Of a stretch of 64,000 nucleotides of DNA, positions 21,632 to 64,000 are shown in pieces (position 1 is the first letter of the stretch; the number at the start of each line of letters is the position of its first letter). Origin of the DNA: Macrostomum lignano (Eukaryota); contig NIVC01002421.1 in assembly GCA_002269645.1 (NCBI GenBank), forward strand, positions 111,520 through 175,519, written 5' to 3'. The position numbers and the translations under genes were made by a program. The notes under the pieces are model-generated. The model searched no databases and had not been told where the DNA came from. It worked only from the letters and a program-made list of their open reading frames with translations.

Positions 21632-23671
21632 GCATCTGGCGATTTGATTGACAGGTTGAGCTGGTCTGCTGGGCTGTCATGCAAATTCAAACTAATGATA
21701 TCTGTCTCTATTTTTGTCCGGCACTCTGCATTCCCCGCTGTGCCCCCCCCCCCTCTTTCCTCCGCTCTCACCTGCTGCCCGCCTGTCCGGATAAAAATTG
21801 CATAATTGTTAGGCCTGCGCTTCTCCGCTGTTCACTTAGGAGATTCGGTCAATTAGGCCCAAGATTATCAGGCTCGTGTTCGCGTTTACGTTTCGTTATT
21901 ATATATTATCAATATTATTATTATTATGACGCTTATAAGCCTGCTATAGACTGTGCGATACACATTTTACACGAACTTTACTCTCGCTCTCTACTTGTGC
22001 AATTCAACAGATGTAGTAGTATAGTTAGATTGAGTAATATATGCAGATTTTTATGAGTCACTAAGCTGCCCTAGTCACCTCAGCAGGCCGCTGGGGAATT
22101 CGTCACAGCGATGACTCCGGGGGCGACTCTTGCGACTTTTTAACGACTCAAATGACTGTCAAAGAGTCGTTGTGGTTGGCGCTTAACTTTCTACTAACTC
22201 AAGTAGGCTGAATACGGAGAGTTGTTAAAAATGCGAAATGCGATTTCAAATTCATAATGTGAGGCAGCCGCAACTCACTGATTCCTACAGCGATTCCACG
22301 GCGCCAGAGTCGGAGGCGATTCTTTGGCGACGTTTTGGTGAATCGTGCCGTGACATCTTGTCGTTTTAGAGTGGTCTTGAGTCACTGCTTTCCTATTTTT
22401 AACGCACTGCTTATCTAGTCTGTCAATGAAAAACAAGGTCCTTTATTCAATAATTTATCCATATTGCTCTTTTTAATCCAGGATTCCCGTCGCTTCATTT
22501 TATGCACCTGCTGTCCACGTCAGAGCTTTGGCTGATAGTTGATGAGTCATAGCTGTGCTTTGCATCTTCGTAGCCACTAGCTGCTGCTGCTGCACTGAAT
22601 CAATATGCAACACATGTCACCTGAGCAACTCCCCAGCCAGTGTTGTGTTGCGTAGCTGATAATTAACATTATTAATTAATTAAAAACTTATAACTATGCT
22701 AGTAATTGCAACTGTTCACTAGATATAAAATTCCTAAATAAATAAAGTTATTTCTCTTCTCGTGTGAGTCCTGTCGATCACGTTGATCTAGAAAAATTGA
22801 ATCTTTCTGATCTTTTTCAGTTATTAATCTATACCGAAACAGATACTCTATACTACTTGTATAAGTAGTTTTTAATGCATTTGAAGTTACATCCGGAATC
22901 AATAAGTGTATATTTATGCATTTAGAAAGTTGCTGTTAGAGTACACGTGCCATAAACTGTACATCCGTGACATGATAAAGTACTTTTATAGGTGTAATAA
23001 GAGCAGACAAATTAGGTTAATGAAATTCAAGGTCATGGTCAGTCAGATTGCTATTTTTTATTGAGCAAGTTCAAGAGCCAGCATGGTTTCGCAATTGCGT
23101 GGGCGGTCGGGCGCATTGAGGAAATCGTTCAACTTTGCAATGGTTTGCGGCGGTGGAAACCCGGGGTCAGAGGTTGACACATTGCGGAGCTATTGCGAGA
23201 ATGAAGGTCTGCTGGGGCTGTGCGGTCAAGTCTTAGCTAATAAAAAATGCATTGACAGCTGGGTTGGTTAGTGACTTTGGGATCGACTTTTGGATAAAGT
23301 GCGGATAACAGCAATTTATTATCGGTAACAGGTACGAAAGTGAGGGTTTATCTCCCTAGAATTATAGTACAGAGACTGCTACGAAGAGTCTCGTAATTAA
23401 AGAGACTCGTAATTAAATGCTACAAGAAGTTTCCATGCAGTGCATGTAAGTTCTTCTATAAGTCAATGCTTTGTGATGCTTTTACTCAACAAGTGATTCC
23501 GACTAAGTAGATGTCGATATTGGCAGTTCCTGGCTGATTTGTCAGGGCTAAGCTCAGTCTATGTTGTGCAAATAATGGCCTTGGAGAGGTCCATCCACGT
23601 GTGTGGAGAAAGGCGAAACGGTAGCTCAAGAGGGACGGCGTTGGGTCGGAGGAGCGGCAGAGGTCAGCGGG

Positions 23672-53928
<30,257 letters not shown>

Positions 53929-54814
53929 CTGCAGGGAAGAAAGGGAGAGAGGGGAGAAGGAAGTGAAGCAGCCGCGAGTCCGTGGCTGCCTGCCTGACTG
54001 CAAGCGGCGCCCAGCAACAAGTTGGTTTGGGTCGGTGTTGCTGGGCAAACAGCGGCAGGGGAGGAACAAACAGAGGCTGGGAGGGCCGGATAGAAAAGCG
54101 ATAGGCAAAGAAAAAGAAAAACTCCAGAGACTGAGCTTCAGTTTCTGCTGGGCGCCATTAGCAAATTAAAGCGATGAAGGAGCCCCCGGCAGACTCTCGG
54201 CTGATAACACTTCCGAAGACTTGGGGGGGGGGGATGCTCACCCGATGTCCCTACGTTCTCGAGTTCAACTACACTTCACGGACCCGACCAGAGCTCGTGA
54301 ATTATGGGGCCAATAGGCTACGGGATGGTCCAGACTCTGCCTCATCACATTTGATATTTTCCCGAGCTGGGAGAGTCTTTCTCCCCCAACTGGGGAATTC
54401 GTGGCTTGTGAAAATATGGAAAGTGCTTCGCTCAAAAATATATGGATGGAGAGAAAGTTTTCATCGAGCTCTCCCGCAGCAATAACTTTCCAGACTTAAT
54501 GCTGGGAAACTCAATCAGTTAGCAAAATTCCCCTGAGCCACGGCTGACACGGGGGAGGGCAGGGCGATGGGAGGACGGCGCTGGCAGAAACTTCAAGAAA
54601 TTTTTTAAAGAATTTCAGATAAATCAGACGCTTGGAACAAAGTATAAAAAATTCTGTCTGCCTCATCCTTTTTCTATAGTGCTCGCTTATTCAATTAGGA
54701 AATGCGGCAAGCACATCAAACTGGAGACGTCCGGCCCGATGCTGGCCGGGGCTGATTGGGTCGGCGATGCCTCAATTGAAGGGGAAGCCGCTTATTGATC
54801 TCTTTTTTGCTTTT

Positions 54815-57800
54815 CTCCCAGTGTGTCTCCCAGTGTGTCTCATTGCGTCTCTCATTGTGTCTCCCATTGTGTCTCCCATTGTGTCTCTCATTGTGTCTCC
54901 CAGTGTGTCTCCCAGTGTGTCTCTCATTGTGTCTCCCAGTGTGTCTCTCATTGTGTCTCCCAGTGTGTCTCCCAGTGTGCCTCCCAGTGTGTCTCTCATT
55001 GTGTCTCCCAGTGTGTCTCCCAGTGTGTCTGCCAGTGTGTCTGCCAGTGTGTCTCTCATTGTGTCTCTCATTGTGTCTCCAAGTGTTTCTCTCATTGTGT
55101 CTCCCAGTGTGTCTCCCAGTGTGTCTCTCATTGTGTCTCCCAGTGTGTCTCCCAGTGTGTTTCCCAGTGTGTCTGCCAGTTTGTCTCCCAGTGTGTCTCC
55201 CAGTGTGTCTCTCATTGTGTCTCCCAGTGTGTCTCCCAGTGTGTTTCCCAGTGTGTCTCCCAGTGTGTTTCCCAGTGTGTCTCCCAGTGTGTCTCCCAGT
55301 CTGTCTCCCAGTGTGTGTCTCATTGTGTCTCCCAGTGTGTCTCCCAGTGTGTTTCCCAGTGTGTCTGCCAGTGTGTCTGCCAGTTTGTCTCCCAGTGTGT
55401 CTTCCAGTGTGTCTCCCAGTGTGTCTCCCAGTGTGTCTCTCATTGTGTCTCCTATTGTGTCTCCCAGTGTGTCTCCCAGTGTGTCTCCCAGTTTGTTTCC
55501 CAGTGTGTCTGCCAGTGTGTCTCCCAGTGTGTCTCTCATTGTGTCTCTCATTGTGTCTCCCAGTGTCTCCCAGTGTGTCTCTCATTGTGTCTCCCAGTGT
55601 GTCTCCCAGTGTGTCTCTCATTGTGTCTCCCAGTGTGTCTCTCATTGTGTCTCCCAGTGTGTCTCCCAGTGTGTCTCCCAGTGTGTCTCTCGTTGTGTCT
55701 CCCAGTGTGTCTCTCATTGTGTCTCCCAGTGTGTCTCCCAGTGTGTCTGCCAGTGTGTCTGCCAGTGCGTCTCTCATTGTGTCTCTCATTGTGTCTCCAA
55801 GTGTTTCTCTCATTGTGTCTCCCAGTGTGTCTCCCAGTGTGTCTCCCAGTGTGTCTCTCATTGTGTCTCCCAGTGTGTCTCCCAGTGTGTTTCCCAGTGT
55901 GTCTGCCAGTTTGTCTCCCAGTGTGTTTCCCAGTGTGTCTCCCAGTGTGTCTCCCAGTGTGTCTCCCAGTGTGTGTCTCATTGTGTCTCCCAGTTTGTTT
56001 CCCAGTGTGTCTGCCAGTGTGTCTCCCAGTGTGTCTCTCATTGTGTCTCTCATTGTGTCTCCCAGTGTCTCCCAGTGTGTCTCATTGTGTCTCTCATTGG
56101 GTCTCCCAGTGTGCCTCCCAGTGTGTCTCTCATTGTGTCTCCCAGTGTGTCTCCCAGTGTGTCTGCCAGTGTGTCTGCCAGTGTGTCTCTCATTGTGTCT
56201 CTCATTGTGTCTCCAAGTGTTTCTCTCATTGTGTCTCCCAGTGTGTCTCCCAGTGTGTCTCTCATTGTGTCTCCCAGTGTGTCTCCCAGTGTGTTTCCCA
56301 GTGTGTCTGCCAGTTTGTCTCCCAGTGTGTCTCCCAGTGTGTCTCTCATTGTGTCTCCCAGTGTGTCTCCCAGTGTGTTTCCCAGTGTGTCTGCCAGTTT
56401 GTCTCCCAGTGTGTCTCCCAGTGTGTCTCCCAGTGTGTCTCTCATTGTGTCTCCCAGTGTGTCTCCCAGTGTGTTTCCCAGTGTGTCTGCCAGTTTGTCT
56501 CCCAGTGTGTCTCCCAGTGTGTCTCTCATTGTGTCTCCCAGTGTGTCTCCCAGTGTGTTTCCCAGTGTGTCTGCCAGTTTGTCTCCCAGTGTGTTTCCCA
56601 GTGTGTCTCCCAGTGTGTCTCCCAGTGTGTCTCCCAGTGTGTGTCTCATTGTGTCTCCCAGTGTGTCTCCCAGTGTGTTTCCCAGTGTGTCTGCCAGTTT
56701 GTCTCCCAGTGTGTCTTCCAGTGTGTCCCCCAGTGTGTCTCCCAGTGTGTCTCTCATTGTGTCTCCCATTGTGTCTCCCAGTGTGTCTCCCAGTGTGTCT
56801 CCCAGTTTGTTTCCCAGTGTGTCTGCCAGTGTGTCTCCCAGTGTGTCTCTCATTGTGTCTCTCATTGTGTCTCCCAGTGTCTCCCAGTGTGTCTCTCATT
56901 GTGTCTCCCAGTGTGTCTCCCAGTGTGTCTCTCATTGTCTCTCCCAGTGTGTCTCTCATTGTGTCTCCCAGTGTGTCTCCCAGTGTGTCTCCCAGTGTGT
57001 CTCTCATTGTGTCTCCCAGTGTGTCTCTCATTGTGTCTCCCAGTGTGTCTCCCAGTGTGTCTGCCAGTGTGTCTGCCAGTGTGTCTCTCATTGTGTCTCT
57101 CATTGTGTCTCCAAGTGTTTCTCTCATTGTGTCTCCCAGTGTGTCTCCCAGTGTGTCTCCCAGTGTGTCTCTCATTGTGTCTCCCAGTGTGTCTCCCAGT
57201 GTGTCTCCCAGTGTGTGTCTCATTGTGTCTCCCAGTGTGTCTCCCAGTGTGTTTCCCAGTGTGTCTGCCAGTTTGTCTCCCAGTGTGTCTCCCAGTGTGT
57301 CTCCCAGTGTGTCTCCCAGTGTGTCTCTCATTGTGTCTCCCATTGTGTCTCCCAGTGTGTCTCCCAGTGTGTCTCTCATTGTGTCTCCCATTGTGTCTCC
57401 CAGTGTGTCTCCCAGTGTGTCTCTCATTGTGTCTCCCATTGTGTCTCCCAGTGTGTCTCCCAGTGTGTCTCCCAGTTTGTTTCCCAGTGTCTCTGCCAGT
57501 GTGTCTCCCAGTGTGTCTCTCATTGTGTCTCTCATTGTGTCTCCCAGTGTCTCCCAGTGTGTCTCATTGTGTCTCTCATTGGGTCTCCCATTGTGTCTCC
57601 CAGTGTGTCTCCCAGTGTGTCTCCCAGTGTGTCTCTCATTGTGTCTCCCAGTGTGTCTCTCAGTGTGTCTCCCAGTGTGTCTCTCATTGTGTCTCCAAGT
57701 GTGTCTCTCAGTGTGTCTCCCAGTGTGTCTCTCATTGTGTCTCCCAGTGTGTCTCCCAGTGTGTCTCTCATTGTGTCTCTCATTGTGTCTCCCAGTGTGT

Positions 57801-58640
57801 CTCCCAGTGTGTCTCTCATTGTGTCTCCCAGTGTGTCTCTCATTGTGTCTCCCAGTGTGTTTCCCAGTGTGTCTGCCAGTGTGTCTCCCAGTGTGTCTTC
57901 CAGTGTGTCTCCCAGTGTGTCTCCCAGTGTGTCTCTCATTGTGTCTCCCATTGTGTCTCCCAGTGTGTCTCCCAGTGTGTCTCCCAGTGTGTTTCCCAGT
58001 GTGTCTGCCAGTGTGTCTCCCAGTGTGTCTCTCATTGTGTCTCTCATTGTGTCTCCCAGTGTCTCCCAGTGTGTCTCATTGTGTCTCTCATTGGGTCTCC
58101 CAGTGTGTCTCCCAGTGTGTCTCTCATTGTGTCTCCCATTGTGTCTCCCAGTGTGTCTCCCAGTGTGTCTCCCAGTGTGTCTCCCAGTGTGTCTCTCATT
58201 GTGTCTCCCAGTGTGTCTCTCAGTGTGTCTCCCAGTGTGTCTCTCATTGTGTCTCCCAGTGTGTCTCCCAGTGTGTCTCTCATTGTGTCTCTCATTGTGT
58301 CTCCCAGTGTGTCTCCCAGTGTGTCTCTCATTGTGTCTCCCAGTGTGTCTCTCATTGTGTCTCCCAGTGTGTCTCCCAGTGTGTCTGCCAGTGTGTCTCC
58401 CAGTGTGTCTCCCAGTGTGTCTCCCAGTGTGTCTCTCATTGTGTCTCCCAGTGTGTCTCCCAGTGTGTTTCCCAGTGTGTCTGCCAGTTTGTCTCCCAGT
58501 GTGTCTTCCAGTGTGTCTTCTAGTGTGTCTCCCAGTGTGCCTTCCAGTGTGCCTTCCAGTGTGTCTTCCAGTGTGTCTCCCAGTGTGTCTCCCAGTGTGT
58601 CTCCCAGTGTGTCTCCCAGTGTGTCTCCAGTATGTCTCCC
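54815..58640. repeat. 12-bp satellite (CCCAGTGTGTCT)n, 3.8 kb
   Basis: Variant units CTCATTGTGTCT and GCCAGTGTGTCT in recurring blocks. Confidence 0.98.
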
Positions 58641-60162
58641 AGAGTCTACCGGTGGCACACCAGTGTCTCTTCCCTCAGCTGAGCAAATTTACAACCCGAA
58701 CTATCAGTTTTAATTTGCTCCCCCACCCCCTTAGAATCTCAGCGCCCAGCCCCCACGCTGAATTTTATGGCTCCGCAAAGCGCGCTGTTTTTCAGTCATG
58801 TTTCAGACTGCAAAGCTCTGTACAGTTTTATTTAAGCGCAGAGGACGCGCAGGAGCCGGCGGGAGGGGGCGGTCCGGTCATGCTGCTGTTTTCTGGCCAA
58901 ACATCGCCGCGCCTGCATTATTGATCAGCTTCAGCCAAAACCGCGGCGGCGGCTCTCTGCGCGATCGGGCCAGCTGGGGCCCATCGGACCTGGCTGAGGC
59001 CGCGGTGACCCGCCCGGCGGAGACTCAAAACTGCTCAACTGATGCTGGCGCACAGCACAGGCATAAGTGCAGTAGCAGAAATGACTGTTGTTCCGAGATG
59101 AAATAGCCAAAGCAACAGATGAAAAATAGATTTCAAACTAAGTTAGTCTTTTGAAGCCTGCAGTGACGGTGCGCGGACGGATGCCGGGGGCCGAGCGCCC
59201 CTGCAGGCCAGGTGTTTCAATCGATTTCGAATTCACAATTTTCGCTACAATCCAGCGCTGCGCCGCCCCTGACAGCCTGGGGGGCTGGCGGGACGTCTCG
59301 CTGAAATGTACTTTTAAGCTAACCCGGGGGCCCACCGGAGCTGTGGGATTCGGGCGGGTGTGAGGAGCTGCACCTGTTCCCCGATTCTCTGATCAGTGAC
59401 AACCGGTTGCCGGGGCCCACACCTGATTGATAACCCCTAATGAGGAGCTGCACCGCTGCCTCGCCCTGTCAGGCCGCCAAAATTGACCCTTAAATGTCGA
59501 TCCTGAGAGAAATAAGTCCCATCGAAGTGCGGGGGGGGCGCGCTACGGATCGGAGGGGAGAATTCTCCCCGTAGTCTCCGGGGGGAGGCGCCGGAGCTGC
59601 AAGGTGCAATTAGTCGATAAATAAACACCCCACGGTGGACCCGCGCGAATTGGCTGGGCGCTTGGGGAGGGGCGAGGATATTCCCATAATAATTTCCCCC
59701 TCAGCGCCTCGGAGCCGGCACTTGGCTCGCCATATGTCACTCGGGAGGCGCTGAGCCCCCCCCCCCTTCGCAGTCAACTGAACAGCAGGGTGACTGACGG
59801 GCTGCGAAAGAAAAGGATATGGAAACTCTACTAAAAGAAGCTCTTGTGAAAGCAGACATAACGGCTGAAGAAATCGTTATGTCAAAGCCCCCTCCCCTGC
59901 GAGAGAGTAGCGAAGCCAGCTGCTCAGCCGCATGAGTAGCGAGCACTTTTGAGCTGCCCAGTGAGCTTCGATTGCCTCGCTTCGGGGAGTGAAACGTTTC
60001 GTAAAAGGGAATCCAGCATGAGGCTGCAATTCACAGGGCCAGTTTTCCTTTGGACTGCAAGAAAACACCTCAGGGAGCCAGCAGGATTCCCACGGCTTAG
60101 ACCCAGCAGCTGAGGCTGCGGTGACCTAGTTGAACTTTAAAACAGTTTGTAGCACTGTTTGC

Positions 60163-62190
60163 AGTTCTGCGCGTGCTTCTGTTCCTGCTGTTCTGCTTCT
60201 GTTCCTGCTGTGTTCTGCTTCTGTTCCTGCTGTTCTGCTTCTGTTCCTGCTGTTCTGCTTCTGTTCCTGCTGTTCTGCTTCTGTTCCTGCTGTGTTCTTT
60301 TTTTCTTTCTTCTTCAGCGCTCGTCAGCGGCGCGGCGGCGCCGAAATAGACGGGGGCCAACGCCCCATGTTCCGGAGGAGCGAGAGGGCCAAGCCCGGTT
60401 CGGTAAGGAGGCGCTCCACTTCAGTGCCGACCAGGCGAGTGCGGTGCGCGTCCCCCCTCGGGCAGCTGTAGATCGCGTGCAGGCTCGAGTCCGGTGCCCC
60501 GCAGTCCTGGCAGAGCGGGGAGTCCGTCAGGCCGAAACGGTGTCGGACCTCGGCGGCGAGCATTGAGGCACCGGCTCGGAGTTGGCAGACCGCCGTGTGC
60601 TCGGTCCGGCTTCTAGCGTGGAAGGTTGGCCAGGCCGGGGGCATAGCGCTGTCGTCCAGCGCACGGCGGTCACGGCGGATGGCAGCCTTGGCAGCGCCCA
60701 GCGAAATGGCAGCCGTGGTTTGCGGCAAGCGGGCTGCGGCGTTCGCAGCTCTGTCCGCGGCTTCGTTAGCGGGTATGCGCAGTGGGCAGGGACCCAGGCG
60801 AGGTCAATATCATTGAGGTCGCAGGTGCCCAGGCTGATGAGGAAACGCCAGCAGGAGAGGCCACTCTCGGTGCGCTGATCTAGGGGGCCCGCTTGCAGGG
60901 CCGTGAGCGACGATAGCGAGTCGCTGCACAGCCGGATGCGGGCTGCTGTGTTCTGCTTCTGTTCCTGCTGTTCTGCTTCTGTTCCTGTTGTTCTGCTTCT
61001 GTTCCTGCTGTTCTGCTTCTGTTCCTGCTGTGTTCTGCTTCTGTTCCTGCTGTTCTGCTTCTGTTCCTGCTGTGTTCTGCTTCTGTTCCTGCTGTTCTGC
61101 TTCTGTTCCTGCTGTTCTGCTTCTGTTCCTGCTGTGTTCTGCTTCTGTTCCTGCTGTGTTCTGCTTCTGTTCCTGCTGTGTTCTGCTTCTGTTCCTGCTG
61201 TTCTGCTTCTGTTCCTGCTGTGTTCTGCTTCTGTTCCTGCTGTGTTCTGCTTCTGTTCCTGCTGTGTTCTGCTTCTGTTCCTGCTGTGTTCTGCTTCTGT
61301 TCCGCTGTTCTGCTTCTGTTCCTGCTGTTCTGCTTCTGTTCCTGCTATTCTGCTTCTGTTCCTGCTGTTCTGCTTCTGTTCCCGCTGTTCTGCTTCTGTT
61401 CCCGCTGTTCTGCTTCTGTTCCTGCTGTGTTCTGCTTCTGTTCCTGCTGTTCTGCTTCTGTTCCTGCTGTGTTCTGCTTCTGTTCCTGCTGTTCTGCTTC
61501 TGTTCCTGCTGTGTTCTGCTTCTGTTCCTGCTGTTCTGCTTCTGTTCCTGCTGTGTTCTGCTTCTGTTCCTGCTGTTCTGCTTCTGTTCCTGCTGTGTTC
61601 TGCTTCTGTTCCTGCTGTTCTGCTTCTGTTCCCGCTGTTCTGCTTCTGTTCCCGCTGTTCTGCCTTCTGTTCCTGCTGTGTTCTGCTTCTGTTCCTGCTG
61701 TTCTGCTTCTGTTCCTGCTGTGTTCTGCTTCTGTTCCTGCTGTGTTCTGCTTCTGCTCTCTGCTGTGTTATGCTTCTGCTCCTGCTGTGTTCTGCTTCTG
61801 TTCCTGCTGTTCTGCTTCTGTTCCTGCTGTGTTCTGCTTCTGTTCCTGCTGTTCTGCTTCTGTTCCTGCTGTGTTCTGCTTCTGCTCCTGCTGTGTTCTG
61901 CTTCTGTTCCTGCTGTGTTCTGCTTCTGTTCCTGCTGTTCTGCTTCTGCTCCTGCTGTGTTCTGCTTCTGTTCCTGCTGTTCTGCTTCTGCTCCTGCTGT
62001 GTTCTGCTTCTGTTCCTGCTGTGTTCTGCTTCTGTTCCTGCTGTGTTCTGCTTCTGTTCCTGCTGTGTTCTGCTTCTGTTCCTGCTGTGTTCTGCTTCTG
62101 CTCCTGCTGTGTTATGCTTCTGCTCCTGCTGTGTTCTGCTTCTGTTCCTGCTGTGTTCTGCTTCTGTCCCTGCTGTTCTGCTTCTGTTTG
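60163..62190. repeat. 20/22-bp satellite (CTGTTCCTGCTG[TG]TTCTGCTT), interrupted by the LINE fragment
   Basis: Segments 60163-60297 and 60943-62190. Confidence 0.96.
60298..60942 (-). mobile_element. 5'-truncated non-LTR retrotransposon fragment (RNase H plus C-terminal CCHC)
   Basis: IRLCSDSLSSLTAL...WVPAHC(G)IPANEAADRAA (1-nt frameshift at ~60778), QLRAG, CQDCGAPDSSLHAIYSC, GAA/A-rich 3' tail, candidate TSD CTGCTGTGTTC. Confidence 0.85.
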
Positions 62191-62204
62191 ACTCGGCTAG
62201 TTTA

Positions 62205-62945
62205 ACAGTGTGTCTCTCAGTGTGTCTCCCAGTGTGTCTCCCAGTGTGTCTCCCAGTGTGTCTCCCAGTGTGTCTCACAGTGTGTCTCCCAGTGTGTCTC
62301 ACAGTGTGTCTCCCAGTGTGTCTTCCAGTGTGTCTCCCAGTGTGTCTCCCAGTGTGTCTCTCATTGTGTCTCCCAGTGTGTCTCCCAGTGTGTCTCACAG
62401 TGTGTCTTCAGTGTGTCTCCCAGAGTGTCTCCCAGAGTGTCTCCCAGTGTGTCTCACAGTGTGTCTCACAGTGTGTCTACCAGTGTGTCTACCAGTGTGT
62501 CTCCCAGTGTGTCTCACAGTGTGTCTTCCAGTGTGTCTCCCAGAGTGTCTCCCAGTGTGTCTCACAGTGTGTCTCCAAGTGTGTCTCCCAGTGTGTCTCC
62601 CAGTGTGTCTCCCAGTGTGTCTCCAGTGTGTCTCACAGTGTGTCTACCAGTGTGTCTCCCAGTGTGTCTCCCAGTGTGTCTCCCAGTGTGTCTCCCAGTG
62701 TGTCTCTCATTGTGTCTCCCAGTGTGTCTCATTGTGTCTCTCATTGTGTCTCCCAGTGTGTCTCCCATTGTGTCTCCCAGTGTGTCTCATTGTGTCTCTC
62801 ATTGTGTCTCCCAGTGTGTCTCCGCAGTGTGTCTCCCAGTGTGTGTCTCCCAGTGTGTCTCCCAGTGTGTCTCCCAGTGTGTCTTCCAGTGTGTCTCACA
62901 GTGTGTCTACCAGGGTATGTTGGTCTGACTCAGTATCTCACCCAG
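62205..62945. repeat. Second block of the 12-bp CCCAGTGTGTCT satellite
   Basis: Same unit as 54815-58640 with different variants (CTCACAGT, CTACCAGT). Confidence 0.96.
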
Positions 62946-63411
62946 TGTCTCCCCTGTGTCGCACTCCGTATCTCCCCCAGCATCTCACTCAGTATCTCCC
63001 AGTTAAACTCACGATTTGTCACGGCAGCCACAGAGGCGCACAGAAGCAGCGCGGCAGCTGCAATTTCGGAGGCTGCCCGCGCCTCATCGCCGAGCTCTAA
63101 TAGATGTTTCAGCCAACTCTGAGTTGCACTTCTAAATAGTTGCCTCGGCGCCATCTGATAGTTTTGAAAATCAGTCAAGTTTTGTTAAAAGACGAATTTT
63201 TTTAAATTCATGATTCCTTCCTCGCGAACTTTGTGGAATTTTGTGGTTTGAATGGAGCGCTGAGAGCGTCAGAAAGGCCCCTTTATCAGTTGATTGAACA
63301 GCCTGGCCTGCCTGCGAGACTGCTGATTGGCTGACAGACTTCTAGCCAAAACTGCCAGTGTCGACTGGACAGCCGGCTGGGGTGACTGAGTTAGGGGCGG
63401 AGTATACTGGA

Positions 63412-64000
63412 AATCCATTCTATTCCCGCATCCATGGTAGGCTAGATTAGCAATCCATTCTATTCCTGCACCCATGATAGGCTAGATTAGCAATCCATTC
63501 TATTCCTGCATCCATGATAAGCTAGATTAGCAATTCATTCTATTCCTGCACACATGATAGGCTAGATTAGCAATCCATTCTATTCCTGCACCCATGATAG
63601 GCTAGATTAGCAATCCATTCTATTCCTGCATCCATGATAAGCTAGATTAGCAATCCATTCTATTCCTGCACCCATGATAGGCTAGATTAGCTATCCACTC
63701 TATTCCTGCACCCATGATAGGCTAGATTAGCAATCCATTCTATTCCTGCACCCATGATAGGCTAGATTAGCAATCCATTCTATTCCTGCATCTATGATAG
63801 GCTAGATTAGCAATCCATTCTAATCCTGCACCCATGATAGGCTAGATTAGCAATCCATTCTATTCCTGCACCCATGATAGGCTAGATTAGCAATCCATTC
63901 TATTCCTGCACCCATGATAGGGCTAGATTAGCTATCCTTCTATTCCTGCATCTCAGACAGGCTAGATTAGCAATCCATTCTATTCCTGCATCCATGATAG
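63412..64000. repeat. 40-bp minisatellite, same family as 9084-9420
   Basis: ~15 copies, truncated by the window end. Confidence 0.96.

Noticed and set aside
22060-22400. GACTC/GCGAC-rich segment between the PITP and neurexin 3' ends
   Set aside because: It looks like a repeat fragment, but I could not define TIRs, a TSD or a unit
54716-58924. Very long ORFs (939-1385 aa) on both strands
   Set aside because: They are translations of a stop-free 12-bp satellite inside a neurexin intron, open in several frames at once, with no domain content
60527-63122. 623-739 aa ORFs
   Set aside because: Satellite translations; only the 60298-60942 part has real (retrotransposon) coding ancestry
53929-64000. 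Search for neurexin signal peptide, LNS1 and EGF1 exons
   Set aside because: No EGF-like Cys pattern or LNS motifs seen; a hydrophobic stretch near 59040-59130 (minus) has no ATG and is bounded by stops

Overview
Metazoan nuclear genomic DNA with spliced genes; no prokaryotic, CRISPR, rRNA or tRNA features. Very GC3-rich exons and introns packed with private minisatellites are reminiscent of the flatworm Macrostomum, but that attribution is inference only. Four genes were reconstructed by hand with consistent splice phases. (1) A GCK-I Ste20 kinase (MAP4K3/5, happyhour-like), minus strand, 5' exons only, running off the left edge. (2) An uncharacterised 500-aa protein with an MGxxxS myristoylation motif and four ~100-aa repeats, minus strand, with a GC-AG first intron. 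(3) A complete 280-aa class I phosphatidylinositol transfer protein, plus strand, head-to-head with gene 2. (4) An alpha-neurexin, minus strand, 15 exons and ~1306 aa from LNS2 to the KEWYV tail; signal peptide, LNS1 and EGF1 were not found and presumably lie beyond the right edge. There are also ~33 tandem arrays, a foldback-type inverted repeat with a nested hAT MITE, a mariner-like element with a nested palindrome, and a 5'-truncated RNase H-bearing LINE inserted in a satellite. The most notable observations are the four-repeat protein, a 50-aa polyarginine insert in neurexin LNS6, intronic arrays made of splice-site consensus sequences, and candidate alternative neurexin exons. Almost all long ORFs in the supplied track are repeat artefacts.
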